Shown: positions 9,197-19,420, counted from the stretch's first letter. The stretch is DNA of 64,000 nt from a virus (IMGVR_UViG_3300005323_000042:17433-81432); one strand, 5' to 3'. Translations and numbers: made by a program. The notes: generated by a model not told the origin, from the letters alone.

Positions 9197-12100
9197 TTAA
9201 TAGTGAAACAATCCCATATCGCGCATTTTCTCGCGTATATCTTTCTTATTATTTTGCTTACCTTGAAAGTCTATAACAGAAGATCCTCTTATGGGAGTAG
9301 AAATTATCCTGGCATCATGCATACCAAGGTTTGTAAGATAATTCTGTATATCATTTTTCGAAGTTATTGAACTGGAACTGGGAACAGGTGTTGGCATATC
9401 TCCGTAAAGATCTGTCGTTGCGTCGAGTATTTGTGCCTGCCGTTCGTCTTGCCGCCAGAGATCAAAGTCACGAATATTCTTGCCAAGATTATTGGCTACC
9501 TTAACTTTGAAAGCATTGAGATTAACGTCGGGAGCGTAACCTATAAAATTTCTATCAGGTACATTATTTCCGAGTACAACCGGTTCCGTAGTAGTTTGAA
9601 CAGGCGCCATATTGCTTTCTAATTGTTTTGCAACATCCAGATCATGCATTGTCATTGCATCACTGTGTGCCCAGTGGGCATTTAACACCTGTGCTGTCTG
9701 AGGATTAATTGTTTGTAATATCTGACTGCGTTTATCAGTTTCTGTTTCGCCTGCAAAAGCAGCGAAGAATCTTTGTTCTCTTTTTGGAAGCAGACCAATT
9801 GCATTGGATATATTGGCCAACGGGTTAGAACCCTCAAGTGCCGCACGCTTACCGGACCTGTAATATGCCGCGGCTTCAAACTCGCCTTGCTCGGATGCGA
9901 CATTGGCTTTTTCCTCAAGTAGTCTGTTTTTCGCAAATTGCATTGCCGAAAAGTAACTGTCCAGTTCCGCATTTTCTGCAGTTTCCTTTGGAATAAAATT
10001 ACCAAAGGTAAGGATGTTCATTGTTTTATTGATGGCAGGTTTAATAAAATCCTTGTAAGGATGTTCCCATGATTTAAATGATTTGTCGAGCAATACCATA
10101 GATTTATATTCTGTCATAGGATCTACCGGACCTGAAAACTTGTGCATAGGTGCAATTGGATAGAGAGATTCTGTCGGAAGCATTCTGCCTGCTTTCTTTA
10201 CGGCAAGCCAATAAGCACCGAGTGGACCGCTGCCGGTATCGAATCTTGTATCATTTTTTACTTCCTCTTCTCTGCGTAAGGTTTCCTGGTAGAGATTCAC
10301 ACCGGCCTGATTAAGCTGGTTATTTATTATCTGACTTTCAACTGCGTTTCTGAACATATGATATTCAGCAGAATACGGGGCAACATCGGAAAGAATCTGC
10401 ATTTTATGTACAGCAGGGTAGTCGTCTGGATTCAATCCGCTCAGGTAAGGATACAAAGTTTCATAACCTCTACCAGGCAATCTCAATTCACCATTTTCAA
10501 TAATCGAGAAAGGGTCACCGTACTTAAGATCTTCACGTCCTATCCATTCGGGCATTTTGTTTCTGATAGCTGCATGAACATATTCGGTATCATAATCTCT
10601 GTCTGGGTTTAATCTTCTATACCATTCGTTTAATCCGGCCAGATCTCCAACGTTCTGATCCCAATAAGAACGTTGTGCAGACATGATTCTACCGGAAGAT
10701 TCATAACGCATGGAAGGAATTATGAACGATTGTCCACTAGCCATCGTATCTTTGACAGACCTTAATGCAAAACCCTGTAAGCCAAAGGTATCAGTCAATG
10801 ATTTGCCAAGTTCAGATGCATAGCCCTGAACAGTTGACGGGGAAGTAATCGTCGGATAAATTCCCTTTGTACTTATTGCATCGATTCCATTTATAGATTC
10901 CGGTATATCCGCTGTAATCTGTGGCTCCTGTGCCGGATGTAATTTGCCGGCTGTCTCCGGATGTGCAAGAACAGTTGGCTTCAATACCTGCTTTAAAGGA
11001 CTGAATAGTTTTTCGGGTAACCCTGCACCATAGTCTGTTGGCCCCCAGTAAGCATAAGGCCGTTCCTCATCAAGCGCACGTTCCATATAATATGGATCAA
11101 ACAATCTTTTTATAAAACGCTTAACAGGTTTATTATAATATTCTTCAGGCATGATGCCTTTTTCACGGGCGTCAGTTTTTGCCCGGACAGTCCAATGCGG
11201 TTGATAATAATCTATTTCTCCGCCTTCAAACGGAGTATTACCCATAGTCCAGAACCGTCCTCTGCGGACAGGTATCCATTCTTCACCATGATAAATTTTA
11301 TTAAGTTCTTCGGGCGTCTTATTGGATCCAAGGGAACCAAGCAAGAATGGAGTAATGACAGCAGCGCCAATTGCAGCACCGGTCATGGCGAACGCGCCAA
11401 CACGACCTTTGCCGGTAAGATTAGCAAGACGTGCCGCTTTGCCGGAGATACCACCTAAACTTTCTGCCTTATAAGCAAAATCAAAGAACCATTTTGGTGC
11501 GGCCATTTTTCCATTCAATGGCGCCCTGCCGACATTAGACAGTCCTGCAATAGTACCGCCTGCAATAGCGCCGGTCAGTAGCACCGCAAGAAGCCCCGTA
11601 AACTTATGTGTACCAGGAGCTTTCTCTTCCTGGTATTTATTCAGAGCAGTAAGTCCTGTTTTCTCAGAGACATGGGAATATAATTTTGTTACATCCTGGT
11701 AAGCCTGTGCGGCTATACCTTTTGCATCAGTACCAAGGACTGATTTTAATACTGCATTACTTATTTTCCATGCAGCTATACCGGCAATGATTTTTGGGAA
11801 TCCATGTGTAATATGGCGTTTCCATAATCTTGCTGTATTACCACGAAGATAATTTGCACCACCTACACCAAGCTGGTCGCGAAAATATTTATTGTATAAC
11901 GATCCGACTTTCTTAAATGTTCTTCCACCAAGACCCTGGTCAGCTTCAAGTGCCCGGTACCACTTGGTCTTTGACAGGTTGCCGAATAACTCCATAGGGT
12001 TATCAAGCAAGCGCATATAATTTTGTGTTGCAACAGTTGTCCATGCAGAAGCGGTTTCGCCGAATGCCCGAAGTTTTGATGTACCACCGGTTATTACAAA

Positions 12101-12703
12101 ATCACTGTCAGGAATATGCAGATTATATTGTTCATATAATGCTTTGGTAAACCTCGACATTCTGTTTCCGGGACCGGTTTTGCCCGGGACGACTTTTGCA
12201 TATTTGAGCAATATATCGTCAATTCCGGATTGGTTCTGATAAAGGAGTTTGCCATTCTGAAAACGCATTCTGCCGGATTGCAGATGCGCATTAGTAATTT
12301 TTCCACCGGAAATCTGCTTTAAGTAATCGCCTTGTTTGGTAAGCCACTCTGGTTTCAGATTGATGGCAAGATTAGAATAAACCCTGGCGCCGTATATACT
12401 CGATGCAGAAAATGCGCGCGGCATTTTGAATAACTGTTCTTCGGCAACAGCCATTGCATTCCATATCAGATCTCTTACAGTTGCAGTCTTTGCGGTACGG
12501 TATGTGTGCCAAACGTCGCCGTTGATAGTAAACTTATCTGCATACCGGAGTTTTGTAATATCTATCTTTGTTGGAATCTTACCAAGAACATAATTCAAAC
12601 CAACAACAGCAGCACCCTTCCAGGCCATAGATATGGTTGTCTCGAAGGGTGACTTTTTGTAAGACTCGTTCTGTGAAGAATATGTGGCGTTTTTAAGATT
12701 CAA
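9197..12703 (-). CDS. Probable tail tape measure / large virion protein (1168 aa)
   Basis: Lies directly downstream of a tail-chaperone-like gene. Has Gly/Ala-rich hydrophobic segments. Assignment rests on synteny. Confidence 0.5.
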   Translation of the reverse strand: MNLKNATYSSQNESYKKSPFETTISMAWKGAAVVGLNYVLGKIPTKIDITKLRYADKFTINGDVWHTYRTAKTATVRDLIWNAMAVAEEQLFKMPRAFSASSIYGARVYSNLAINLKPEWLTKQGDYLKQISGGKITNAHLQSGRMRFQNGKLLYQNQSGIDDILLKYAKVVPGKTGPGNRMSRFTKALYEQYNLHIPDSDFVITGGTSKLRAFGETASAWTTVATQNYMRLLDNPMELFGNLSKTKWYRALEADQGLGGRTFKKVGSLYNKYFRDQLGVGGANYLRGNTARLWKRHITHGFPKIIAGIAAWKISNAVLKSVLGTDAKGIAAQAYQDVTKLYSHVSEKTGLTALNKYQEEKAPGTHKFTGLLAVLLTGAIAGGTIAGLSNVGRAPLNGKMAAPKWFFDFAYKAESLGGISGKAARLANLTGKGRVGAFAMTGAAIGAAVITPFLLGSLGSNKTPEELNKIYHGEEWIPVRRGRFWTMGNTPFEGGEIDYYQPHWTVRAKTDAREKGIMPEEYYNKPVKRFIKRLFDPYYMERALDEERPYAYWGPTDYGAGLPEKLFSPLKQVLKPTVLAHPETAGKLHPAQEPQITADIPESINGIDAISTKGIYPTITSPSTVQGYASELGKSLTDTFGLQGFALRSVKDTMASGQSFIIPSMRYESSGRIMSAQRSYWDQNVGDLAGLNEWYRRLNPDRDYDTEYVHAAIRNKMPEWIGREDLKYGDPFSIIENGELRLPGRGYETLYPYLSGLNPDDYPAVHKMQILSDVAPYSAEYHMFRNAVESQIINNQLNQAGVNLYQETLRREEEVKNDTRFDTGSGPLGAYWLAVKKAGRMLPTESLYPIAPMHKFSGPVDPMTEYKSMVLLDKSFKSWEHPYKDFIKPAINKTMNILTFGNFIPKETAENAELDSYFSAMQFAKNRLLEEKANVASEQGEFEAAAYYRSGKRAALEGSNPLANISNAIGLLPKREQRFFAAFAGETETDKRSQILQTINPQTAQVLNAHWAHSDAMTMHDLDVAKQLESNMAPVQTTTEPVVLGNNVPDRNFIGYAPDVNLNAFKVKVANNLGKNIRDFDLWRQDERQAQILDATTDLYGDMPTPVPSSSSITSKNDIQNYLTNLGMHDARIISTPIRGSSVIDFQGKQNNKKDIREKMRDMGLFHY

Positions 12704-12706
12704 TTA

Positions 12707-13321
12707 TTAAAGTTCTTTTAATCTTTTGTTTTCTTTTTCAAAATCAACTGATGGTTTTTCTTCTTTTTCCCCGATAGCGAATGGTACACTAGGAACATTG
12801 TTTGTCATGAGTAGTTCTGTTTGTGCGATAAGTTTTGTCAGTTCAGGCCATTCCATATTATCAAAGGTGCCTGCATCTACCTTAAGTGCTGCGGCAACAT
12901 AATTTATAATTCTTCTTTCAATATCTGTTTCGGCATCAACTCGCATTGCTTCGATATCTTCAAATATCTTTTGAGGATATGCCGCTCCTGACATTGCAAC
13001 AATGGCACTATATACATTCTCTATTGATCCAGCAGGAATGATTTGCATAAGTTCTTCAATAGATATATATCCATTTGCAATATCTGTCGGAGTCAATTCG
13101 CCTCTCTTGTATAATGCAAAAGGACACGCATATTCAATAACACATTGCTCAAATAACATATCCTTAATGTCTTCCTCCATATTGGAAAACACTGTAAGCA
13201 GATTTCTGAACGACTTAAATTCACCCCAAGGTATAATATGAAAAACGACCGCATGGCCGTCTTCAGTATTTATAAGGTATAGATTTCTATGTTGTTGTTT
13301 GGCTTGTAAAATGGAGTTCAT
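12707..13321 (-). CDS. Tail assembly chaperone-like protein (paralogue of 19431..19934)
   Basis: Shares the pattern LFEQCVIEY...AGSIENVYSAI with LFNNCVLYP...AGTVDAVAFQI. Lies upstream of the TMP candidate. Confidence 0.55.
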   Translation of the reverse strand: MNSILQAKQQHRNLYLINTEDGHAVVFHIIPWGEFKSFRNLLTVFSNMEEDIKDMLFEQCVIEYACPFALYKRGELTPTDIANGYISIEELMQIIPAGSIENVYSAIVAMSGAAYPQKIFEDIEAMRVDAETDIERRIINYVAAALKVDAGTFDNMEWPELTKLIAQTELLMTNNVPSVPFAIGEKEEKPSVDFEKENKRLKEL

Positions 13322-15129
13322 AAGGTATTGAGATCAATATTGATAAAAGACTCATTGAAATCCAGAGACAGTACGGAGGAATTAAAATCATATATAACTT
13401 CAGATCCAGTCTCTCCCGGAAGATAATATCTTGTATGTTTGGTTGCAGGCTGTTGCCTGTTATCGTAACGCTCTACCTTTACGCCAGGTATTGTGGATTT
13501 TGTATTTAATGTTTTCTGTGTCAGTTTATGAATAGCAACTTCACTGCTCCATTCAGAACTATTAGATTCACCGAAGATAGCCTTGTACCTGAATTTATAT
13601 ATATCTGTTCGTGGAACTGTATAAATATTAGAGGTAAGATTTTTCCAGGTTTTATTCTCATAAACCTGCGTAACGTAATCTACAGCATATTTAACTTCAT
13701 CATAATCTATTATAATTTTGTCATGGTAAGGCCGTAAGGTTATATTCCCGATAGTACCGTAATCGACTTCTGCTGATACAGTTGCAGACCAGGATGTCTC
13801 TTCCAGTTCGTCAAATACATTTGTGTATTGCGCCTTGTATCTGAATGTGTATGTCCCGGGCGCAGGTGCCGTATAACTCTGACCACAACTTATATATCCG
13901 TCTCCGCCATCTACCTGAACTACATATGCAGAGGCATTTGTAACGGTTGAATATGATACATTTATTACATCGTTAGTAATAGTCAATTGTATTGTACCTA
14001 CTGTTCCTATATGATCTGTAATTTCTATAGTTGATATTTCACTATAATCAGTTTCTGATGTGGCATTTAAAGCTTTATAACGAAAAGAATAAGTCCCAGT
14101 AATTAAAACCGTAACTGGACTTATTACTGCAACCCAATTACCATTTATATATTGTTCAATTATATAAGAAGTAGCGCAATCAACTAAATCATAAGCTATT
14201 GTAATTATTTTATTATTTGAAGATAGATATATAGAGCCAATTTGACATATTGTTTCTAATCCCTCTATTATTTTAATTGCAAAACTTTCGAGCCTGCTTA
14301 AATTTCCTGATGCATCTTGTGTATAGAAAGAAAATGTTTCACTTCCCGTTACGTTACTATGCCATGTATAAGTTTCCAGCGTGCCATCGTAAATAATAGT
14401 GCCGTCACTTTTCTTTATAACAGTTGAATTAAACGCTGACTGCAAATAGTTTTTCCATGTAAAAGTAACCGATTGATTGTCTCCAGCTTTTATAGCAACG
14501 ACTTCTAATGGTGGATGTAGTGGCAATGTACTTGAATAACCATTATCGGTTTTCCCATATCCTCCATTTTCAATCCAACCCGTTCCCCAAAAACTACTTG
14601 ATCTAAATAATCTTATCCATAAGTCATAAACATTTTCAGTTTGATAGGCACTTTTAAGTAAAGCATAATAACCCGCAACCATTGGTGTAGCCCAACTTTC
14701 CTCTGTAGCGTTTTCAACAGTACAGGAAAATAAATCCAACCCGGGACCATAACTTCTTTCATTTACACTAACTCCACCGCCGATACATCTTGTTCCTTTC
14801 ATTAAGAAAGCAGGAGAAGATAAATAAATATGAGAGTTACTGCCATGCGCATTAAATACTGCAATCCCATATTCTAAAGCATGTTCCCATTCCAATTTAT
14901 AGGAATAAACTCCGGAATAACTTCTTATAATTATTTGATAATTATTATCTATTGCATATTGCACACAAGCAGCTATCGATTTTTGATAAGTAACAATATT
15001 ACCAGCAGGTGTACCCGTCCCAATTTCAGCTATATGGCAGTCCCAAGTGGCTACCTTTTCTAAAAATACAAGTCTTACACTTTCTTCATGCGATTCATAT
15101 CCAACTGTTCCTATTACTAATGCTTTCAT
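13318..15129 (-). CDS. Degenerate subtilase (S8)-like domain followed by Fn3-like repeats
   Basis: EESWATPMVAGYYALLK matches the S8 catalytic-Ser motif. AHGSN and SYGPGLDL are also S8-like. Repeats of the form TYSFRYKA / TYTFRYKA / IYKFRYKA follow. Confidence 0.65.
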   Translation of the reverse strand: MKALVIGTVGYESHEESVRLVFLEKVATWDCHIAEIGTGTPAGNIVTYQKSIAACVQYAIDNNYQIIIRSYSGVYSYKLEWEHALEYGIAVFNAHGSNSHIYLSSPAFLMKGTRCIGGGVSVNERSYGPGLDLFSCTVENATEESWATPMVAGYYALLKSAYQTENVYDLWIRLFRSSSFWGTGWIENGGYGKTDNGYSSTLPLHPPLEVVAIKAGDNQSVTFTWKNYLQSAFNSTVIKKSDGTIIYDGTLETYTWHSNVTGSETFSFYTQDASGNLSRLESFAIKIIEGLETICQIGSIYLSSNNKIITIAYDLVDCATSYIIEQYINGNWVAVISPVTVLITGTYSFRYKALNATSETDYSEISTIEITDHIGTVGTIQLTITNDVINVSYSTVTNASAYVVQVDGGDGYISCGQSYTAPAPGTYTFRYKAQYTNVFDELEETSWSATVSAEVDYGTIGNITLRPYHDKIIIDYDEVKYAVDYVTQVYENKTWKNLTSNIYTVPRTDIYKFRYKAIFGESNSSEWSSEVAIHKLTQKTLNTKSTIPGVKVERYDNRQQPATKHTRYYLPGETGSEVIYDFNSSVLSLDFNESFINIDLNTL

Positions 15130-15341
15130 ATAGGTTTATCATTCTCACGATCAACAATAATCTCTATTACATCTGTACATCCTTTAATCAATCTTCTTGT
15201 ATTTGTATCTGTATTATCTATTTCCTTTAATAAAGAACTGGTTATAAACAAATCTTTTATAGTTAAATTATTTTCAGTTACTATGTTTTTTAATTCATAG
15301 CATTCATCATACTGCTTTTTTAGTTTTATCTTAACTTTCAT
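15126..15341 (-). CDS. Hypothetical protein (71 aa)
   Basis: ORF coupled to both neighbours by 4-nt ATGA overlaps. Confidence 0.6.
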   Translation of the reverse strand: MKVKIKLKKQYDECYELKNIVTENNLTIKDLFITSSLLKEIDNTDTNTRRLIKGCTDVIEIIVDRENDKPI

Positions 15342-16852
15342 TCATTTGCACCAATAACAGTTAATGAACCTTGAGCATTGTAATAAAACAATTTCTGAAT
15401 ACCCATATCCTCACCTCTGAATAGTGTACAATTATAATTACCATATACAGCTGTGGCATCGGTAAAATCCACAGAGGTATTTTCATCACTAAAGAAATCT
15501 TCGATTCTATTATATCTGAAAAAGCTACTTATAGTACAGTAACCAAAACCTGAACCAACAGTATTATGATTAAAACCCTCGCTTATAGAATGATGCTCAA
15601 AACTCTGCCCAATTGTATTATATTGGAAGTCTTTACCTATACAATTTTCATTACAATTGTATCCTATACTATTGTAGGCAAAAGCTCTTCCAACAAAGTT
15701 TAAATTAAATCCTAAACCTATAACATTATTTTGGGTGGATAAAGCTAAAGAAACATCACCCATAACATTACAATAAAAATCACCTAAAATAATGTTATCA
15801 TTAAAATTGGTAAGTGTATTTAGATAACAATTATTCCCAAAAGTATTATGATTAAAACTAAAACCGGTAGAATTTCGACTAAAACCATTTCCTAAAGAAT
15901 TGCTATAAAAATTGTTTGCATTAAGTGTATTATCAGTAAAACCACGCCCTATTTTATTATCATATACAATAGTTCCAAAAAATACACTATTGCATTTACT
16001 TAAAATATCAAATGAAGAATTGTTCAACTCTGGTTTTATAATATTATTATAAATTGTTGTATAAGAAGACTCAACGCCACTAATTGTAGGTGCAGTTGAA
16101 AACATTTTATAATCCATATAAAGAGAGGTGGTATTAACCGTAACAGGCCAGAAATTCCCATTAAGTTCCCAATTACCTTCAGTTGTACTTACATAAGATA
16201 AATCAGTCCATTCAAATTTTTTCCAACTTGATTTATTAGAAAATTGCTGTGCTCCTAAATCATTTAATTTTATATATATTTCAGTAGTATTAGTTTTTTT
16301 AACTACAGTACCTCTACCATAATCATGATCAGCTCCAGTAGCATCAAGACTTGATGGTGAAATCTGCCATCTACGAAATTTTACATTTCTGAAATCGAAT
16401 GGTATATCATTATTCTTTGCAGTATCTATCCTGCGATAGATATAACCTTTAGTACAACCTGGAACTACCACTTGATCACTTGTAACTTCATAATAAATTA
16501 TATCTTCAGGAAAACTTGCACTATATGCTTCGGGAGCAAGTTTATTAACTGCGATTGCAGTAACTATCAATGGTTCTACTGCCGGAGTATTGATATCAGA
16601 TGTTCTCGGAATTGTATGTACAGAAGCATAATCTGTAATTCTGTATCTACGTCCTATTATTAATCCCGAACTATTTATCAATGCAGTTAAAGTGGCATAA
16701 GTAATGTTTTGAATATTTGCTTCATAAAAATCTTTTTCAGTTTCGTCAATATTGACAGTAATACAGTTTTTCGTTTTATCGATAAAAATTTCACCATCCT
16801 TGAGCGATCCTTTATCGGTTGTTGTTCCTCTTCTTAATTGTAATGTGCCCAT
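15338..16852 (-). CDS. Tail fibre/spike-like protein with an Mtd-type N-terminal domain and a beta-solenoid C-terminus
   Basis: N-terminal LQLRRGT...L.DGEIFID motif. The C-terminal half has 9-residue N-x-(I/V)-G-x-x-F repeats. Confidence 0.65.
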   Translation of the reverse strand: MGTLQLRRGTTTDKGSLKDGEIFIDKTKNCITVNIDETEKDFYEANIQNITYATLTALINSSGLIIGRRYRITDYASVHTIPRTSDINTPAVEPLIVTAIAVNKLAPEAYSASFPEDIIYYEVTSDQVVVPGCTKGYIYRRIDTAKNNDIPFDFRNVKFRRWQISPSSLDATGADHDYGRGTVVKKTNTTEIYIKLNDLGAQQFSNKSSWKKFEWTDLSYVSTTEGNWELNGNFWPVTVNTTSLYMDYKMFSTAPTISGVESSYTTIYNNIIKPELNNSSFDILSKCNSVFFGTIVYDNKIGRGFTDNTLNANNFYSNSLGNGFSRNSTGFSFNHNTFGNNCYLNTLTNFNDNIILGDFYCNVMGDVSLALSTQNNVIGLGFNLNFVGRAFAYNSIGYNCNENCIGKDFQYNTIGQSFEHHSISEGFNHNTVGSGFGYCTISSFFRYNRIEDFFSDENTSVDFTDATAVYGNYNCTLFRGEDMGIQKLFYYNAQGSLTVIGANE

Positions 16853-16870
16853 TGTTATTTTTCCTTATAG

Positions 16871-17050
16871 TTATTTGTTCAAATCAATATTTCGATCGTA
16901 CATCACTAAGTCGATATCTTCATACGTATCATTTAAGTCGATGTTTGTTGAAGTGGTGGAACTTGCGGTTTGTCGTGCCGGATTTTTTATTCTCTCTATT
17001 TCACCATAATAGACAAAAACTCCAGGCAAGTTATTGTATGTATTGTACAT
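16871..17050 (-). CDS. Small protein (59 aa) starting with a copy of the tail-sheath N-terminal peptide; not in the ORF track
   Basis: GGAG SD 7 nt before the ATG at 17050, TAA at 16871-16873. MYNTYNNLPGVFV compared with sheath MYNQYHNLPGVYV. Confidence 0.75.
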   Translation of the reverse strand: MYNTYNNLPGVFVYYGEIERIKNPARQTASSTTSTNIDLNDTYEDIDLVMYDRNIDLNK

Positions 17051-17111
17051 AACATTACTCCGTTGTTATTTGATTGTATTGTGTTGTATTAAATCCCTGG
17101 TCCCGAAGAAA

Positions 17112-17519
17112 TTAGAATGTATTTATTATAGATGCTTTTAATGCTGTAGTCCCTTCATTAAAACAGGCAGCAGATGCATAGATATTTTGATTGTTAGTTG
17201 TGAATGTTTCCCATTTGCCGATACTGCCGACAGAACAATAACAATCTTCATATACCACTATCGGTACATGGTTTATTATCAAGTTGCTGAAGATCTTTAT
17301 TTGCATATCTCCGTGCTCGTCTTTTGCGGCAATGGAAACAAAGAATGGTTTATATGGTTTTAATCTGTCACTTAACTCTTCAAATATTATTTTGCATCCC
17401 CACTTGCCGTTGATGACATTATCTGATTGGCCATATCTCTGACATTGATGCTCACAGGCTATTGTATTAATTTTTGCAATGAAATCTGAGGAATTCGAAT
17501 GTCTCTTTTGGATCGTCAT
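17112..17519 (-). CDS. Hypothetical protein
   Basis: Co-oriented ORF in the accessory insert; the start is uncertain. Confidence 0.55.
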   Translation of the reverse strand: MTIQKRHSNSSDFIAKINTIACEHQCQRYGQSDNVINGKWGCKIIFEELSDRLKPYKPFFVSIAAKDEHGDMQIKIFSNLIINHVPIVVYEDCYCSVGSIGKWETFTTNNQNIYASAACFNEGTTALKASIINTF

Positions 17520-17793
17520 TACATATCCACGTAACCATGTTGTTGGTTTTTTCTAGTAGTTCGACATTAATCTTTTTATTACCAACATTTAATTCGTACT
17601 CACATTTTTCCTGCAGTTGATTATTATTAGTTTCTATCATTCCAGTAAGAACGTACTTTGGTTTGGGTTGTTGTTCCTTCATTACATAAATAGATCCCAT
17701 TTCTCTTGTTCTTCTAAGAATAAACGACATTTTTGTAACAGGAATATCTCCCAGTGTTATTTTAAGTGTATCATTTGATAATATTGTATTCAT
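17467..17793 (-). CDS. Hypothetical protein
   Basis: Co-oriented ORF tightly packed with its neighbours. Confidence 0.6.
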   Translation of the reverse strand: MNTILSNDTLKITLGDIPVTKMSFILRRTREMGSIYVMKEQQPKPKYVLTGMIETNNNQLQEKCEYELNVGNKKINVELLEKTNNMVTWICNDDPKETFEFLRFHCKN

Positions 17794-17795
17794 TA

Positions 17796-18101
17796 TTAAT
17801 CCGCATCTACTATATTTAATTTGTTAAGTAGGTTCTCGTATTCTTCATCTGTATTAATAATTCCGAAATCTTTTGATTTGACATATTCTTCGAAGACGAA
17901 TGTTTCACCTTTCTGTACATCACTGTTAGCATTAAAGAATAACATTACTTTATTGCCGGTAAGTCTCATCTGGTGTGCAAATGATTTTATCAAAGATATA
18001 TTATGTTTTTTAAGTCCGTTACTTATTGGCTGGGAACTCATTGTACCATTATCATAATAGTAAGAGATCATATGATCTCTTACGTGAATAAGTATATTCA
18101 T
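17796..18101 (-). CDS. Hypothetical protein
   Basis: Co-oriented ORF with a 4-nt overlap to the upstream gene. Confidence 0.6.
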   Translation of the reverse strand: MNILIHVRDHMISYYYDNGTMSSQPISNGLKKHNISLIKSFAHQMRLTGNKVMLFFNANSDVQKGETFVFEEYVKSKDFGIINTDEEYENLLNKLNIVDAD

Positions 18102-18526
18102 TGTTTTTTATTCCCAATAAATTCGGGTAATTCACCACCTTCAATAACAACAGGGGCATTCTTGTGTGTAATTGCCAAATCAATGTTAAGCGCTTCAATA
18201 TTATCCTGTAAGTATTTCGATATTTTGATAAAGCCTTTCTCTTCTATTTTGTTGTCAAACCCGCGGAATTTTACTCTTGCAGGATATATATTGCAACCCT
18301 CATGAATTAATCGCAGTCTTTGTATAATTGAGTCGAGACGTTCTTTATCTTCTATTGTTGTGGCAGATAACATCTTACCTAATTCTTGTAGTTCTTCATT
18401 TGGATTTTCGATATTATCGTAATCAAATACGATTGCCCAGCCAAAGAGATGGAGCGCCCTATTGGTCCACCAATTTAAACCGGTCGCCCGGAATTCTTCC
18501 CAGTTTCTTCTTTCTACCATTTTCAT
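18098..18526 (-). CDS. Hypothetical phage protein (WEEFR..GL.WW.N..LH.FGWAIV)
   Basis: Strong SD (AAGGAAGGG) and an intact ORF. Confidence 0.7.
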   Translation of the reverse strand: MKMVERRNWEEFRATGLNWWTNRALHLFGWAIVFDYDNIENPNEELQELGKMLSATTIEDKERLDSIIQRLRLIHEGCNIYPARVKFRGFDNKIEEKGFIKISKYLQDNIEALNIDLAITHKNAPVVIEGGELPEFIGNKKQ

Positions 18527-18538
18527 TTTATCCCTTCC

Positions 18539-18952
18539 TTAAAATTTATTGTCAAGCATTACATTGTTAATCCCGGTAGCAATCATGTCTATTTGGTCTT
18601 CGTTCAACGCTTTATCCATCTTGAACTTTTCACAGATCCCGTGCATAACTTCATGCCAGATTGTTTGCCAGATATCTTCCTTGGTTCTGTCTTTAACATA
18701 TACTCTTATTGTGCTTGTCCAATAGTCTATTTGTCCCCAGTAAGCTTCGCGTTGATGGACATCTACATCGCAAGGATTATTGACGTACAATATTTTATAA
18801 GTGGTATCCAGTATTTTAACACTGGGCGGAAATTGACTTAACTTAATCTTCCTGCTGGGTTTCTGACCAGAAGGATTAATATTTGGCTTGGGTGTAATTG
18901 GCGGTGTATTTACATTACCACGATGTTCTTTATTCGGTATTAGTGTTTTCAT
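18539..18952 (-). CDS. HExxH metallopeptidase-like protein
   Basis: GQIDY...IRVY...QTIWHEVMHGI motif; SD AAGGGAAGGG. Confidence 0.65.
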   Translation of the reverse strand: MKTLIPNKEHRGNVNTPPITPKPNINPSGQKPSRKIKLSQFPPSVKILDTTYKILYVNNPCDVDVHQREAYWGQIDYWTSTIRVYVKDRTKEDIWQTIWHEVMHGICEKFKMDKALNEDQIDMIATGINNVMLDNKF

Positions 18953-18970
18953 TTACCCTTCCCTTGAATG

Positions 18971-19420
18971 TTATTTTAATAAAGTGATGCCACCGAATGT
19001 ATATTTGATAGTTCTTATAACGACAAGATCATCAACAGATATGCCCGATTCTTCTCCTATATAAGTAAGCCCGTAGAATTTTTTGGTAGCTTTATGTCCA
19101 AACTCATCAGCGAAGCATAATTCTATTTCATTGATAGATTCGAGATCATGCTCTTCTGTTGTAGTGAGATCTACAAGCCGTATCTCACGTGCGCCACCAG
19201 GATAGTTTTTCCAGCTAATAGTTTGTGCAAACCCGTAGTCTTTACCATCAATTCTTAAGCTTACATCAGAACCACTGAAAATCACAGTACCTGTTGATTT
19301 TGGTGCAGTTACATACTCTATAGGCAAAGAAGGTTTTACCTTCTTGCCTTTGAACAGAGCGATTAGCTTTTTAATTAGCTTCTTTATGTCAGTATATAAT
19401 GTATCCGGATAGTTATTCAA
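18971..19420 (-). CDS. Shortened tail-tube paralogue
   Basis: FSGSDV..., QTISW and ADEFG...GISVDDLV align with tube FGGSDI..., QAISW and ANEYG...GVSVDDLV. TTG start with SD GAGGTG. Confidence 0.65.
   Translation of the reverse strand: MNNYPDTLYTDIKKLIKKLIALFKGKKVKPSLPIEYVTAPKSTGTVIFSGSDVSLRIDGKDYGFAQTISWKNYPGGAREIRLVDLTTTEEHDLESINEIELCFADEFGHKATKKFYGLTYIGEESGISVDDLVVIRTIKYTFGGITLLK

Noticed and set aside
15338-16852. Diversity-generating retroelement target (Mtd-like N-terminus, Asn-rich C-terminus)
   Set aside because: No reverse transcriptase or template repeat is visible in this window.
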